64,000 nucleotides of DNA from an uncultured Clostridia bacterium (GCA_948976265.1 CARFUA010000007.1:3366-67365), one strand, 5' to 3'; counted from the stretch's first letter, positions 1 through 11,185 are shown. The notes: generated from the sequence alone by a model not told the origin. Numbers and translations: made by a program.

Positions 1-1601
1 GAGATATTATTTTATTTATTGATGAAATTCATGCCATCGTGGGAGCGGGAGCCGCAGAAGGGGCAATTGATGCTGCTAATATTTTAAAACCGCTTTTAGC
101 AAGAGGCGAAATTCAAGTCGTTGGAACAACTACTATTAAAGAATATCGAAAATATATTGAAAAAGATGCTGCACTTGAAAGAAGATTTCAACCAGTCGAT
201 ATTTCGGAACCCAGCTTGGAAGAATGTAAAAAAATTTTAAATGGTTTAAGAGATAAATATGAAGCACATCACAATGTAAAAATTACAGATGAAGCGATTA
301 TTTCTGCTATTGAATTGTCTAATCGTTATATTGCAGACCGATTTTTGCCAGATAAAGCAATTGATTTGATTGATGAAGCATCTAGCAAAGCAAGATTGAA
401 AGCTTTTATCGAACCAGAACATGTCAAAAATTTAGAAAAACAAGTTGAGAAAATGGAAGCAGAAAAAGAATCGGCTATTAATATGCAAGATTTTGAGAAA
501 GCAGCGAAATTAAGGGATGAAACAATTCGCCTAAAAACCAATTTAGAAGACGAAAAAGAAAAATGGAGAAATGAAAGTGTTCAAAAAATAATTACCATTG
601 GCACCAATGAAATTGCAGATGTTGTCAGTCGTTGGACAGGAATTCCTGTTCACAAAATCAATCAAGATGAAAATACAAAATTGAAAAATTTAGAAACGAT
701 TTTGCATCAAAGAGTGGTTGGGCAAAATGAGGCAATTGAATCTGTTTCAAAGGCGATTCGTAGAAGTAGAGTTGGCTTAAAAGACCCAAATCGCCCGATT
801 GGTTCATTCCTATTTTTAGGTCCTACAGGGGTTGGAAAAACGGAATTGACGAAAGCATTGGCAGAAAACTTATTTGAAAATGAAAATGCGATGATTCGTT
901 TGGATATGTCGGAATATATGGAATCACATAGTGTTTCTAAAGTGATTGGTTCACCACCAGGTTATGTGGGATATGACGAGGCAGGCGGACTGACAGAGAA
1001 AGTTCGAAGAAATCCGTATTCAGTAGTATTATTTGATGAAATTGAAAAAGCGCATCCAGATATTATGAATCTGTTGCTTCAAATCTTAGAAGATGGGCGT
1101 TTGACAGATAGTCAAGGTAGAACGGTTGATTTTAAAAATACAGTTATTATTATGACTTCTAATGTGGGAGCAAGATTGATTACGGAAAAGAAAACCATTG
1201 GTTTTGAAAATCAAAAAGAAGCGTTGGAAAAAGACAATGAAAATATCCGAAAAGAAGTTTTAAATGAAACCAAAAGAGAATTTAAGCCAGAATTTTTAAA
1301 TCGTATTGATGAAATTATTGTTTTTCATAAGTTGGGTTTGCAGGATTTGAAAGAAATTACGAATATTATGCTTGAGCGAGTAATTCAGCGAATGAGAAAA
1401 CAGGATATTGAATTGGAAATTACAGAACAGGCAAAAGCAATTATCATTCAAAATGGGACGGATTATAAATATGGTGCAAGACCTCTTCGTAGAACGATTC
1501 AAAATTTGATAGAGGATACAGTAGCAGAAAAAATCTTGGAAGGGGAAGGAAGGAAAAAAATTGTTTTAGATGAAGAAGGCGGAAAAATTATTGTACAATG
1601 A
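1..1601 (+). CDS. clpC: ClpC-type AAA+ Clp ATPase, 5' end cut by window edge
   Basis: Frame is open from nt 3 (DIILFIDEIHAIVGAG..). Has UVR-like motif MQDFEKAAKLRDE and second Walker A GPTGVGKT. Stop TGA at 1599-1601. Confidence 0.9.
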   Translation, partial: DIILFIDEIHAIVGAGAAEGAIDAANILKPLLARGEIQVVGTTTIKEYRKYIEKDAALERRFQPVDISEPSLEECKKILNGLRDKYEAHHNVKITDEAIISAIELSNRYIADRFLPDKAIDLIDEASSKARLKAFIEPEHVKNLEKQVEKMEAEKESAINMQDFEKAAKLRDETIRLKTNLEDEKEKWRNESVQKIITIGTNEIADVVSRWTGIPVHKINQDENTKLKNLETILHQRVVGQNEAIESVSKAIRRSRVGLKDPNRPIGSFLFLGPTGVGKTELTKALAENLFENENAMIRLDMSEYMESHSVSKVIGSPPGYVGYDEAGGLTEKVRRNPYSVVLFDEIEKAHPDIMNLLLQILEDGRLTDSQGRTVDFKNTVIIMTSNVGARLITEKKTIGFENQKEALEKDNENIRKEVLNETKREFKPEFLNRIDEIIVFHKLGLQDLKEITNIMLERVIQRMRKQDIELEITEQAKAIIIQNGTDYKYGARPLRRTIQNLIEDTVAEKILEGEGRKKIVLDEEGGKIIVQ

Positions 1602-1606
1602 AAATC

Positions 1607-1628
1607 GGCTGGGCACAGATGCCCAGCC
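1607..1628. terminator. bidirectional hairpin between convergent genes
   Basis: 9-bp GC-rich stem ggctgggca/tgcccagcc with a 4-nt loop, between the clpC stop and the stop of the minus-strand ORF. Confidence 0.6.
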
Positions 1629-1635
1629 TGAAAAC

Positions 1636-2049
1636 TTAACTCGAATGTGCCCTTTGAACACAGTCATCACTCACAATGATTCCCACATGTCTGAGTTCTT
1701 CAACAACTCTGTCAAACTGTGAATCAATTACATATCCAGGACAACCGCCGTTTACAAATTTCGTAAAGCTGGATTTGTAGGATAAAATGAAGGTTTCCAC
1801 TGCCTCAGTATAAAATTTCTTTGTTTCAGGACGACTTAAAACTCCAACCGTCTCCTTAACAGAAATAGTATCTGCCAGAAATTCCAAAATCAATTCTTTG
1901 GGAAGTTGGACTTTGGAATTTTTGAGAATCAGCTGAGGATTGGCATGAAATAATGCCGTGAGCTGTTCAGGTGTTAAATCTTCCTGAAAATACAAGTGCG
2001 GATTATTCCGCAGTTCCGTAGGTGACATGTTTTCAATTTCTTGTTTCAT
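1636..2049 (-). CDS. hypothetical protein (137 aa)
   Basis: ORF with RBS AAGGAGG 6 nt upstream of the ATG at 2049 (MKQEIENMSPTEL..). No family recognised. Confidence 0.6.
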   Translation of the reverse strand: MKQEIENMSPTELRNNPHLYFQEDLTPEQLTALFHANPQLILKNSKVQLPKELILEFLADTISVKETVGVLSRPETKKFYTEAVETFILSYKSSFTKFVNGGCPGYVIDSQFDRVVEELRHVGIIVSDDCVQRAHSS

Positions 2050-2182
2050 TGTATTCCTCCTTAATTTTAAATGATGAAACAATTGATACTATAGCGACAA
2101 TAGTATTATAATTCAATTTACATAAAAAGTCAATAAAAATTGGATTCTTTTTTGAGAGTAAGAATAAAATTATTTAAAATAC

Positions 2183-2211
2183 TTGCAATGAATCTAAAAT
2201 TAGGGTATAAT
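2183..2211 (+). promoter_or_regulatory. sigma-A type promoter of the tRNA-Gly gene
   Basis: TTGCAA (2183-2188), 17-nt spacer, TATAAT (2206-2211), about 20 nt upstream of the tRNA 5' end. Confidence 0.6.
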
Positions 2212-2230
2212 AAAAATGTAATGGAAAATT

Positions 2231-2304
<74 letters not shown>

Positions 2305-2340
2305 ATAAGTAAAATCGTCGTACTAGACGAAAGTATTGAA

Positions 2341-2385
2341 AAATCAAACATATTATAACAACTATTGCCATAATATGTTTGATTT
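2341..2385 (+). terminator. hairpin terminator after tRNA-Gly
   Basis: 16-nt arms aaatcaaacatattat / ataatatgtttgattt, followed by a T-rich tail. Confidence 0.6.
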
Positions 2386-2423
2386 TATGTTATAGAGCAG
2401 ATTTTGTATTAAAAGGTGAAAAT

Positions 2424-3068
2424 ATGACAAAAAAGAAATTTATTAAATTATCTATAATAATATTTGTAGTATTTATATTAATGATAGTATTGATAGTATC
2501 AATACTATCAATTAAAAAGATTATATATGAAATGAATTATGCAAATAAAATAGATAGCATACTGGCAGATACAGTAGAAATTGAAAAAAAGTGGATAATA
2601 GATAAAAAAAGTATACCATATAACTTGTCTAATGCAGAGATTGTAGAAATAGAGCAAACATATTTATGTTTTTCACCAGAGATAAGAGTTAGAAAAATAA
2701 ATGGTGGTGAAGAATATACTTTTGCAGTAAAGACGAATATAACTTCAGATGGAATGACAAGGGATGAATTTGAAGATAATATTACAGAAGAAGAATATAA
2801 TCATTTAATAAAAAAGCGAGAAGGAAATACCATTAGGAAGACGAGATATCAGTTCCTAGATGGAGAGGATTTATTAGCAATTGACCTATTTTCTGGAGAA
2901 CTAGAAGGATTGGCTTATTTAGAAATAGAATTTGAGAATCAGGAAGAAGCCAACAAATTCGAAACACCAAGTTGGGCAATAAAAGATGTTATAAGTGATT
3001 TGAATTATAAAAATGGGCATCTTGCTAGATTTGGTATTCCAGAAAGTTATTTTGAATATATAAAATAA
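2424..3068 (+). CDS. membrane-anchored CYTH-domain protein (triphosphatase / CyaB-like fold)
   Basis: N-terminal TM segment, EIEQTYL (the ExExK-like CYTH start motif) and LEIEFE near the C terminus. RBS AAAGGTG lies before the ATG at 2424. Confidence 0.55.
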   Translation: MTKKKFIKLSIIIFVVFILMIVLIVSILSIKKIIYEMNYANKIDSILADTVEIEKKWIIDKKSIPYNLSNAEIVEIEQTYLCFSPEIRVRKINGGEEYTFAVKTNITSDGMTRDEFEDNITEEEYNHLIKKREGNTIRKTRYQFLDGEDLLAIDLFSGELEGLAYLEIEFENQEEANKFETPSWAIKDVISDLNYKNGHLARFGIPESYFEYIK

Positions 3069-3173
3069 TAGATGATGGTGTCTTTTAAATATATAGAGGG
3101 GAAACAAAGTTATGTAAAACATAATAAAATATGTTTTAGAACTTTCTCAAAATCCCTTGCTCAAGGAAAAGCT

Positions 3174-4538
3174 ATGGATTATAATAAAAATCAGAAACAA
3201 AGGAGAAAAAGTAGAGGAATTACACTTATTGTATTTGTAGTAACAATTATCGTTTTGATAATACTAGCTGGTGTTACTATAAATTTGATTGCTGGAGAAA
3301 AGGAAATTTTGAATAGAGCTATTCAATCTAGTTTACAAAATGAATTATCGAATTTGGAGGAAAAAGCCAATTTAATTTATGCCGATTTACTAATAAACAA
3401 GCATTTTGATAAAAATAACCAACAAACTATCAATTTGGTAGAAATTATCAAAGAATTACAAAAAGAAAATTATACATTTTTAAGCGTAGCCAATACAGAA
3501 GATGCCAAAACCTGTTACTGGGTCAATGCAACCAATAGCGATGGAAGTTATTTCGTTTGGATTCCACGATATGCCTATAGAATTACGTATTATGAGAATC
3601 AAGAAACTACACAGCCAACAGGTTATTATGATGGAAATGGTATCTGGAGAGCTAGTGATGCGAGAGTAAAATATACTTTAGATGCAGGAATTGAGACAGT
3701 AGAACACAATGGAAAAAGTTATATTGTGCATCCAGCATTTATGAAGGATGATGACAAGGAAGGACTAGAAAATTTTGCAAGAGGTGGCTGGGATAGTGAT
3801 TTAGCTGGACTTTGGGTGGCAAAGTATGAGATGAGTCAGGAAAGAAATGGAACTGCTTACGCAACAAATTCTGTAACAGTGGGAAATATTACAACTACTG
3901 ATTCAATAAAAGCTGTTAGTAAACCAAATGTTTCATGTTGGCGATATATTAATATAGGAAATATGTATACTAATGCATTCAATTACGATCGAAGCAAAGA
4001 AAGTCATCTGATGAAAAATAGTGAATGGGGAGTGGTAGCCTATTTGACACATAGTCAATATGGTAGAAATGCACATGAAATTGCTACCAATACAAGTAGT
4101 AGCTATATAACTGGAACAGGTGGTGTTGAAGCAAGTACAACAGGAAACCTTTATGGAATTTATGATATGTCAGGAGGAGCATGGGAATATTTGGCATGTT
4201 GGGATACATTAAGTACAAGTAGTTTCCTCAAAAATGGCTTATCCTTTGCAAAAACAAATGGTGTAAGTACGAAATATGCAACAGCCTATAAAAATGTTAC
4301 GAGCGAAAATTTGTATAAAAGATTAAAGATAGGCGATGCAATAAAAGAAGTAAAAGTAGATGGCACTTATGCATGGTTTGGCGATACATGTTTTGCTTTT
4401 TATTTAGAGAACCCATTTCTATTACGAGGAGGTTCTTCTAATGATGGCACAAGTTTGGGAATTTATTATTCAGATAGCTTTACAGGGGCAGAAATAGACA
4501 AAAATAATTCCTTCCGTGTTGTTATTGCACCGAGATAA
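3174..4538 (+). CDS. secreted or anchored protein with pilin-like N-terminal hydrophobic segment and FGE/SUMF1-like C-terminal domain
   Basis: RGITLIVFVVTIIVLIILAG near the N terminus. The C-terminal LLRGGSSNDG...NNSFRVVIAP resembles the RGGSW...GFR signature of formylglycine-generating-enzyme-like domains. Confidence 0.4.
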   Translation: MDYNKNQKQRRKSRGITLIVFVVTIIVLIILAGVTINLIAGEKEILNRAIQSSLQNELSNLEEKANLIYADLLINKHFDKNNQQTINLVEIIKELQKENYTFLSVANTEDAKTCYWVNATNSDGSYFVWIPRYAYRITYYENQETTQPTGYYDGNGIWRASDARVKYTLDAGIETVEHNGKSYIVHPAFMKDDDKEGLENFARGGWDSDLAGLWVAKYEMSQERNGTAYATNSVTVGNITTTDSIKAVSKPNVSCWRYINIGNMYTNAFNYDRSKESHLMKNSEWGVVAYLTHSQYGRNAHEIATNTSSSYITGTGGVEASTTGNLYGIYDMSGGAWEYLACWDTLSTSSFLKNGLSFAKTNGVSTKYATAYKNVTSENLYKRLKIGDAIKEVKVDGTYAWFGDTCFAFYLENPFLLRGGSSNDGTSLGIYYSDSFTGAEIDKNNSFRVVIAPR

Positions 4539-4731
4539 TTGAAAAAGTCAGTTTTGAACATTTAAAAATGTGCTTATTCTGTATAGAATAGGCACTAAAT
4601 TTTTTTTACAAAAAATCCCCCAAAAACATTGAAAAAATTTTCAATGTATGATACAAAATAATTATCACTATAAAAAAAGCAAAAGAAAAATAAAGAAAGG
4701 AGCGTATGAGTAAAATCGTACAATAAAAAAT

Positions 4732-5859
4732 ATGAATCATTCAGATGAAATAAATGAAGATGAAGTGTTTGAAAAAAAAGAATCAAAATTAAAAATAGGA
4801 GAATTTTTTAAAAATAAAATAATCATTACAATTTTAGTTATCATTCTAATACTTGCTATTTTAGTAACTTTGCAAATAAAAACAAGTATGATTTCCAATC
4901 TATTTTCTAGAAATCAAGTGGGAAATTCAATAGGAAATATCATCAATTGTGGCTATTCCGTTGAAAAAGATGATACCATATATTATGTTTCTCCTGACGA
5001 AAATATGTATGCTACACAAATTAGCCGTGTCAAAAAAGGTTCCAATGAATCTCAAATTATTTATCAAGGAGCTTACGATATTCGTGCTTTAAATATTGTT
5101 GGAAATAAATTATATTTTATTAGCATTTCAGCAGAACATGGGGAAGATGAAGATGGAATCGATAATAAAATCTACAAAATGGACCTAGATGGCTCCAACT
5201 TAACGGTTATCAATGATAACGAATTTGCGTATGATTATTATGATATGCATATTATCAAAAACAACATTTACTATGTAGGCACAGATTTCAATGTATATAA
5301 AATGAATCTAAATGGCGAAAACAGACAATTAGTTGCAGAGACAGGAACTGGCTATTTGGCCATCAATCATAAATATATTATTTACAACAAAGATAACGAA
5401 GATGGAAGTGACTATATTACTTATATTCGACCATTAAACGGAACTGAAGAAAGAGCCATTACCTCTTCTAGAATTACATCACCGATTCTATATAAAGAAT
5501 ATATCTATTATATTAACAGCGACAAACATCTTGCTAAAATGGCCATAACTGGTGGTGATGAAAAAGAGCTTACCGATTATACAGTCTATAATATGAATAT
5601 TGCAAACGATTCTATTTATTATCTAAATTACAAAAATGAAGAAAGCGAAAATTATTCTGTTTCTATTTTCAAACTTGGTTTAGATGGCGGAGAACCAGAA
5701 GAAATTAAAGAATTATCAAATTATTCCTCATTTTTAAACATTATTGATTGTTATGTCTATTATATGGATATGAATGAAGAAAAAGCTTTCATTAACTTAA
5801 TTAATTTAAATGATTCCAAAGAAATTCAGTTACACGAATGGAACTACAAAGAAGGCTAA
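4732..5859 (+). CDS. DUF5050-like beta-propeller repeat protein with N-terminal TM anchor
   Basis: Repeated (N/D)xIYY / YKM(D/N)L(D/N)G motifs after one TM helix. No RBS of its own; preceded by a 6-codon mini-ORF. Confidence 0.55.
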   Translation: MNHSDEINEDEVFEKKESKLKIGEFFKNKIIITILVIILILAILVTLQIKTSMISNLFSRNQVGNSIGNIINCGYSVEKDDTIYYVSPDENMYATQISRVKKGSNESQIIYQGAYDIRALNIVGNKLYFISISAEHGEDEDGIDNKIYKMDLDGSNLTVINDNEFAYDYYDMHIIKNNIYYVGTDFNVYKMNLNGENRQLVAETGTGYLAINHKYIIYNKDNEDGSDYITYIRPLNGTEERAITSSRITSPILYKEYIYYINSDKHLAKMAITGGDEKELTDYTVYNMNIANDSIYYLNYKNEESENYSVSIFKLGLDGGEPEEIKELSNYSSFLNIIDCYVYYMDMNEEKAFINLINLNDSKEIQLHEWNYKEG

Positions 5860-5870
5860 GAATCCTGAAA

Positions 5871-5903
5871 ATTGCCATGACCAAAAAGTTATGGCAATTT
5901 TTG
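5871..5903 (+). terminator. rho-independent terminator
   Basis: Stem attgccat/atggcaat followed by a T-run. Confidence 0.6.
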
Positions 5904-5924
5904 CAAAATTATAGAAAAAAAATA

Positions 5925-5954
5925 TTGACTTTTTATGTTAATTTATAGTATAAT
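5925..5954 (+). promoter_or_regulatory. promoter of guaB-guaA
   Basis: TTGACT, 18-nt spacer, TATAAT. Confidence 0.55.
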
Positions 5955-6043
5955 GATAAAATATAGTATAAACGTGCAAGTTCTATTTATTTTCACAAAT
6001 TAAAAATAGAACTTTTATTAAAAATTAGAAGGGGGAAAGAAAA

Positions 6044-7555
6044 ATGGCAAAAGTATTACCAGATGTATCAAGAACATTTAACGAATATTTATTATTACCA
6101 AATTTAACAGACGAAAGATGCATTCCAAGCAATGTATCTTTAAAAACACCACTTGTAAAATTTAAAAAAGGAGAAAAATCAAAATATGAAGCGAATGTCC
6201 CATTCGTGTCTGCGATTATGCAATCTGTTTCTGGCGAAGAAATGGCAATTGCTTTGGCGCGCGAAGGTGGATGTTCGTTTATTTTTGGAGCACAATCCAT
6301 TGAATCTCAAGCCCAAATGGTAAGAAACGTCAAAAAACACAAAGCTGGATTTATCAACAGCGATTCCAATGTAAAAAGCGGGACCACCATTCGTGACGTG
6401 ATTGACCTTGTTCAGCAAACTGGTCATTCTACCGTTATGGTAACAGAAGACGGAACACCAAACGGAAAATTTTTAGGACTTGTAACTGACAAAGATTATC
6501 GAATTTCAAGAGTTAACTTAGATGAACCTGTTGACCAATATATGGTAAAAAAAGATGAATTAGTATGGGCCAAAAAGGGAATTAGCTTATCCGAAGCCAA
6601 TGATATGATTTGGGATCACAAAATAAGCTGTTTACCAGTTTTAGATGAAAACGACAATCTAGCACATCTTGTATTCCGCAAAGATTACGAAGATAGAAAA
6701 AACAATCCAGATTCTTTCTTAGATGAAAACAAACGTTATATCGTCGGTGCAGGAATCAACACAAGAGATTACGAACAAAGAATCCCAGCTTTAGTCGAAG
6801 CAGGTGTTGACATGATATGCATGGATTCTTCAGACGGCTATTCTGTATGGCAAAAAAATACCATTGATTGGGTACGTCAAAACTATGGAGATAGTGTCAA
6901 AATTGGAGCAGGAAATGTTGTTGATAAAGAAGGATTTTATTATTTAGCAGATGCAGGTGCCGATTTTATCAAAGTTGGTGTTGGCGGTGGTTCGATTTGT
7001 ATCACACGTGAAACCAAAGGAATTGGGCGTGGACAAGCAAGTTCGATTATGGATGTTGTTGAAGCAAGAGACGAATATTTTGAAAGAACTGGTGTGTATA
7101 TTCCGATTTGTTCAGATGGTGGAATTGTACATGATTATCATATTACGTTGTCTTTGGCAATGGGAGCGGACTTTGTTATGATGGGACGTTATTTTGCTAG
7201 GTTTGATGAAAGTCCATCTAGAAAAGTAAAACGTAACGGAAGTTTTGTCAAAGAATATTGGGGCGAAGGTTCTAACCGTGCCAGAAACTGGGAAAGATAT
7301 TTAGAAGACCCAACCAAGAAAAAATTAGCTTTTGAAGAAGGTGTCGATTCCTACATACCTTATGCGGGACCATTAAAAGACAATTTAGCTGTAACTGTCA
7401 GCAAAATCAAATCCACTATGTGCAATTGTGGAGCCATTACAATTCCAGAGTTACACGAAAAAGCAAGATTGACCCTTGTTTCTAGTGTCAGCATCCGCGA
7501 AGGTGGAGCCCATGATGTTATTTTGAAAGATGTTGATAATGGGGATAATAATTAG
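6044..7555 (+). CDS. guaB: IMP dehydrogenase
   Basis: 503 aa with CBS-pair insert and catalytic loop [21 protein letters not shown]. Followed by guaA. Confidence 0.9.
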   Translation: MAKVLPDVSRTFNEYLLLPNLTDERCIPSNVSLKTPLVKFKKGEKSKYEANVPFVSAIMQSVSGEEMAIALAREGGCSFIFGAQSIESQAQMVRNVKKHKAGFINSDSNVKSGTTIRDVIDLVQQTGHSTVMVTEDGTPNGKFLGLVTDKDYRISRVNLDEPVDQYMVKKDELVWAKKGISLSEANDMIWDHKISCLPVLDENDNLAHLVFRKDYEDRKNNPDSFLDENKRYIVGAGINTRDYEQRIPALVEAGVDMICMDSSDGYSVWQKNTIDWVRQNYGDSVKIGAGNVVDKEGFYYLADAGADFIKVGVGGGSICITRETKGIGRGQASSIMDVVEARDEYFERTGVYIPICSDGGIVHDYHITLSLAMGADFVMMGRYFARFDESPSRKVKRNGSFVKEYWGEGSNRARNWERYLEDPTKKKLAFEEGVDSYIPYAGPLKDNLAVTVSKIKSTMCNCGAITIPELHEKARLTLVSSVSIREGGAHDVILKDVDNGDNN

Positions 7556-7576
7556 AATAAATAAAAGGAGAAAACC

Positions 7577-9112
7577 ATGAACCAAGAAAAAATTTTAATT
7601 TTAGATTTCGGCGGACAATACAATCAATTAATTGCAAGACGTGTCAGAGAATCCAATGTGTATTCAGAGATTGTACCATACCATATTTCGATTGAAAAAA
7701 TCAAAGAAAAGGCGCCAAAAGGCATTATTTTTACTGGTGGACCAGCTAGTGTATATAGCGAAAATGCACCACATGTAGACGATAAAATATTTGAATTAGG
7801 CATTCCTATTTTAGGAATTTGCTATGGAATGCAACTTATGACTCACGTTTTTGGCGGAAAAGTAGAAAGAGCCGAAAAACGAGAATATGGAGTCATGACT
7901 GTTACAATAAACAATTCATCAAAATTATTTGAGCATTTTGGAGAAACTAACAACTTTTTAATGACCCATACTGACTTTGTAGCACAGTTACCAGAAGGAT
8001 TTGAAAACATTGGTTCAACAGAAACTTGTCCCAATGCTGCAATGCAAAATGTAACCAAAAACTTATATGGAATTCAATTTCACCCAGAAGTTAATCATTC
8101 GGAAAATGGCATACAAGTTATTAAAAATTTTGTTTACAATATTTGTGGGTGTCAAGGCGATTGGAAAATGGATTCTTTTGCTCAAGAGACAATTCAAAAC
8201 ATTAAAGCAAAAGTTGGGGACGGAAAGGTGCTTTGTGCTTTATCTGGTGGCGTGGATTCTTCCGTTGCTGCTGCTTTAGTTAATAAAGCCATTGGAAAAA
8301 ATTTAACTTGTATTTTTGTGGATCATGGTTTGCTTCGTAAAAAGGAAGCAGAAGAAGTCGAAGAAATTTTTACAAAAGATTTTGATGTAAACTTTATTAA
8401 AGTTGACGCTAAAGAACGTTTTTTGAGCAAATTGACTGGTGTGACAGAACCAGAAAAAAAGAGAAAAATCATTGGCGAAGAATTTATTCGTGTTTTTGAA
8501 GATGAAGCGAAAAAGATTGGAACAGTGGATTATTTAGTGCAAGGTACGATTTATCCAGATGTGATTGAAAGCGGAATTGGAAATAGTAGTACCATAAAAA
8601 GTCATCATAATGTTGGTGGACTTCCAGATTTTGTGGACTTTAAAGAAATTATTGAACCGCTTCGTGATTTGTTTAAAGATGAAGTACGTAAAGTTGGTTT
8701 GGAATTAGGGTTGCCAGAATTTTTAGTATATCGTCAACCTTTCCCTGGACCAGGATTGGCGATTCGTGTGATTGGTGATATTACAGAGGATAAATTAGCT
8801 ATTTTAAAAGATGCGGATTTTATTTTCCGTGAAGAGATTGCAAAAGCTGGATTGGATAGAGGTATTAATCAATATTTTGCTGTGCTGACTAATTTGAAAA
8901 GTGTTGGTGTTATGGGCGATGAGAGGACGTATGATTATACTGTAGCACTTCGTGCGGTTTCGACAATTGATTTTATGACAGCTGAATGGAGTAAGATTCC
9001 GTTTGAGGTTTTGGAGAAGGTTTCGAATCGTATTGTGAATGAAGTGGAACATGTGAATCGTGTGGTGTATGATATTACAGGAAAACCGCCGGCTACGATT
9101 GAGTGGGAGTAG
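7577..9112 (+). CDS. guaA: GMP synthase (glutamine-hydrolysing)
   Basis: 511 aa with GATase domain (GICYGMQ), ATP-PPase SGGVDSS and C-terminal ..PPATIEWE. Confidence 0.95.
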   Translation: MNQEKILILDFGGQYNQLIARRVRESNVYSEIVPYHISIEKIKEKAPKGIIFTGGPASVYSENAPHVDDKIFELGIPILGICYGMQLMTHVFGGKVERAEKREYGVMTVTINNSSKLFEHFGETNNFLMTHTDFVAQLPEGFENIGSTETCPNAAMQNVTKNLYGIQFHPEVNHSENGIQVIKNFVYNICGCQGDWKMDSFAQETIQNIKAKVGDGKVLCALSGGVDSSVAAALVNKAIGKNLTCIFVDHGLLRKKEAEEVEEIFTKDFDVNFIKVDAKERFLSKLTGVTEPEKKRKIIGEEFIRVFEDEAKKIGTVDYLVQGTIYPDVIESGIGNSSTIKSHHNVGGLPDFVDFKEIIEPLRDLFKDEVRKVGLELGLPEFLVYRQPFPGPGLAIRVIGDITEDKLAILKDADFIFREEIAKAGLDRGINQYFAVLTNLKSVGVMGDERTYDYTVALRAVSTIDFMTAEWSKIPFEVLEKVSNRIVNEVEHVNRVVYDITGKPPATIEWE

Positions 9113-9262
9113 GGCGTTGCCACTGGGGCTTTAAGGGGCTCCTGCCCCTTAAAAATCCCCGCAAGGGCGCTGCCCCTTGACCCCGCTCTTCGGTCAGAGG
9201 GACAGGGGTTGCCAGATTGGGTGATTTGCTACTGGTTTGTTGCCGCGCGTTAATCACGCGAG
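9113..9262. other. GC-rich intergenic element of unknown function
   Basis: About 65% G+C by hand count over the first 100 nt, in a visibly AT-rich window. Internal direct repeat CTGCCCCTT..CCCCGC x2 and short G/C hairpins. Confidence 0.5.
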
Positions 9263-9343
9263 GAAGTTGGATGACTTTTTTTGGAGATAATGGTGGGTTA
9301 TCTCCATTTTTGGTAATTGTGATAAGATTTTAGAGAGGAAGAG

Positions 9344-11114
9344 GTGTGTAGGATGGAATGGAATTTGAAGGATATTTTTGAGAGTGAAGAAGCGTTTAAG
9401 GATTGTAAGAATGCGTTGGATGATGTTTTGGTGGAAATTGAGAAGTATCAGGGGAAATTGGGTGAGAGTTCGGAGATGCTTTGTGCTTGTTATGGGATGT
9501 ATGAAAAAGCGTTGGAGTTTTGTGGGAAAATTTATGCTTATGGGATGTTGAAGTATCATTTGGATATGGCGAATCAGGACTCAATTAGGCTGTTTAAAGA
9601 GGTAGAAAGTTTGGAGGCTAGGTTTAGTCAAGTGGTTTCTTTTATGGTGCCGGAAATTACAGAGATGGATGAAAAAGTTTTGAGAAAGTTTATGGCTGAA
9701 AATTCAAATTTAAGTCGATATAAAAGAATGATAGAAAAGATTTTGGAGAAAAAGAAACATGTTTTAGGTAAGGCGGAAGAAGGTTTTTTAAGCCAATTTA
9801 GTGAAGTGTTTGCTAATTCGGAGAATACGTTTGATATTTTAACTAATACAGAATTTAAGTTTGGAGAAATTCTAGATGAAAATGGAAATAAAATTGAGAT
9901 GACAGATGGAACGTATACAAAGTTTTTGCATAGTAAAAAAGAAGAAATAAGGCGTCAGGCATTTGATTTGATGTATGACCAGTATAGTCAATTTAAGAAT
10001 ACGATAACAGAATTGTATTTGGCAAGAGTGAAGCAATATACGATTATGAGCAAACTTAGAAAAATATCAGTCTTCTTTGGAAAATGCAGTTTTACATGAC
10101 GATGCTAGTATTTTGGTTTATGAAAAATTAATTGAAAGTGTTCATAAAAATTTGGCAATAAATCATGCTTTTATGAAGTTGAAAAAGAAAATGTTACAAA
10201 CAGAGAAAATGCATCTTTATGATATTTATCAAAATCCAATCGAAGAAAAAGAAGAAAAAGTTTCTTTTGAATTTGCGAAAAAAGAAGTATTGACAGCCTT
10301 AAAAATTTTAGGTGAGGAATATACCAATAAATTAGAAGAGGCATTCGAAAATCATTGGCTAGATGTTTATGAAAAGCCAAATAAACGTGGCGGTGCTTAT
10401 AGTATGGGAATTTATGGAAATCATCCGTTTGTGCTCTTGAATTTTGTAGAAACGAAACGCGATATTTCTACAATTGCTCATGAATTAGGACATAGTATGC
10501 ATTCGTATTATTCGAATCAATCACAAAATATTCTAGACAGTAATTACACGATTATGGTAGCTGAAGTAGCTTCTACGGTAAATGAAATTTTATTGGCAAG
10601 TTATCAAATTGAGGAAGAAAAGGATAAACGTAAAAAGGCAGAATTGATTTATGAACTTTTGGAAATGATTCGTTCTACTTTATTTCGTCAAGCGATGTTT
10701 GCAGAATTTGAAAAGATGGTTCATGAAAAAGTTGAGAAAAATGAAATGCTATCAAGTCAAGATTTGTGCGAAATTTATTATGATTTGAACCAAATGTATT
10801 TTGGTTCCGAAGTTGTGATTGATGACAAAATCAAATATGAATGGATGCGAATACCGCATTTTTATAGTTGTTTTTATGTATACAAATATGCCACAGGTAT
10901 TTCATCAGCTATAGCAATTGCTAGCAAAATTTTAAATCACGAACCGGGTTTTACTGAAAAATATATTGAAATGTTGAAACAAGGCTGTTCGAAAAAATCC
11001 ATTGACCTTTTGAAAATGGTGGATGTTGATTTGGAAAGTAGCAAACCTTATGAAGAGGCGATTCAATTTTATCAAGATAAAATAAGGGAATTGGAAAGTT
11101 TGATTTTAGAATAG
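9344..11114 (+). pseudogene. pepF: oligoendopeptidase F (M3B), interrupted by a +1 frameshift in an A5 run
   Basis: ORFs 9344-10099 and 10077-11114 join as ..MSKLRK|YQSSLENAVLHDD.. if one A of agaAAAAAtat (10060-10064) is removed. HELGH zinc motif is in the second part. Confidence 0.8.
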
Positions 11115-11185
11115 TTTGTAGAAAATTGTTGCAAAATCATTACTTTTGTAGTATAATATAAAAAGTATTATTATTGGAGAAGAAT

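Noticed and set aside
326-541. Antisense and out-of-frame ORFs of 60-120 aa nested in well-supported genes, for example 326-541, 1296-1502, 6025-6300, 7843-8058, 29685-30032, 40945-41280, 47251-47751 and 53973-54248.
   Set aside because: They lie wholly inside genes with clear homology on the other strand or frame, lack an RBS, and have low-complexity composition typical of AT-rich shadow ORFs.
5860-6043. Purine riboswitch upstream of guaB.
   Set aside because: I could not find the conserved junction core (UAUAAU..GGAUAUGG..CUACC..) or a three-way junction. Only a simple hairpin is present.
9254-9584. ORFs 9254-9559 and 9396-9584 on the minus strand.
   Set aside because: They are antisense to the pepF 5' region and the GC-rich element, are Pro/His/Thr-rich and low-complexity, and have no RBS.
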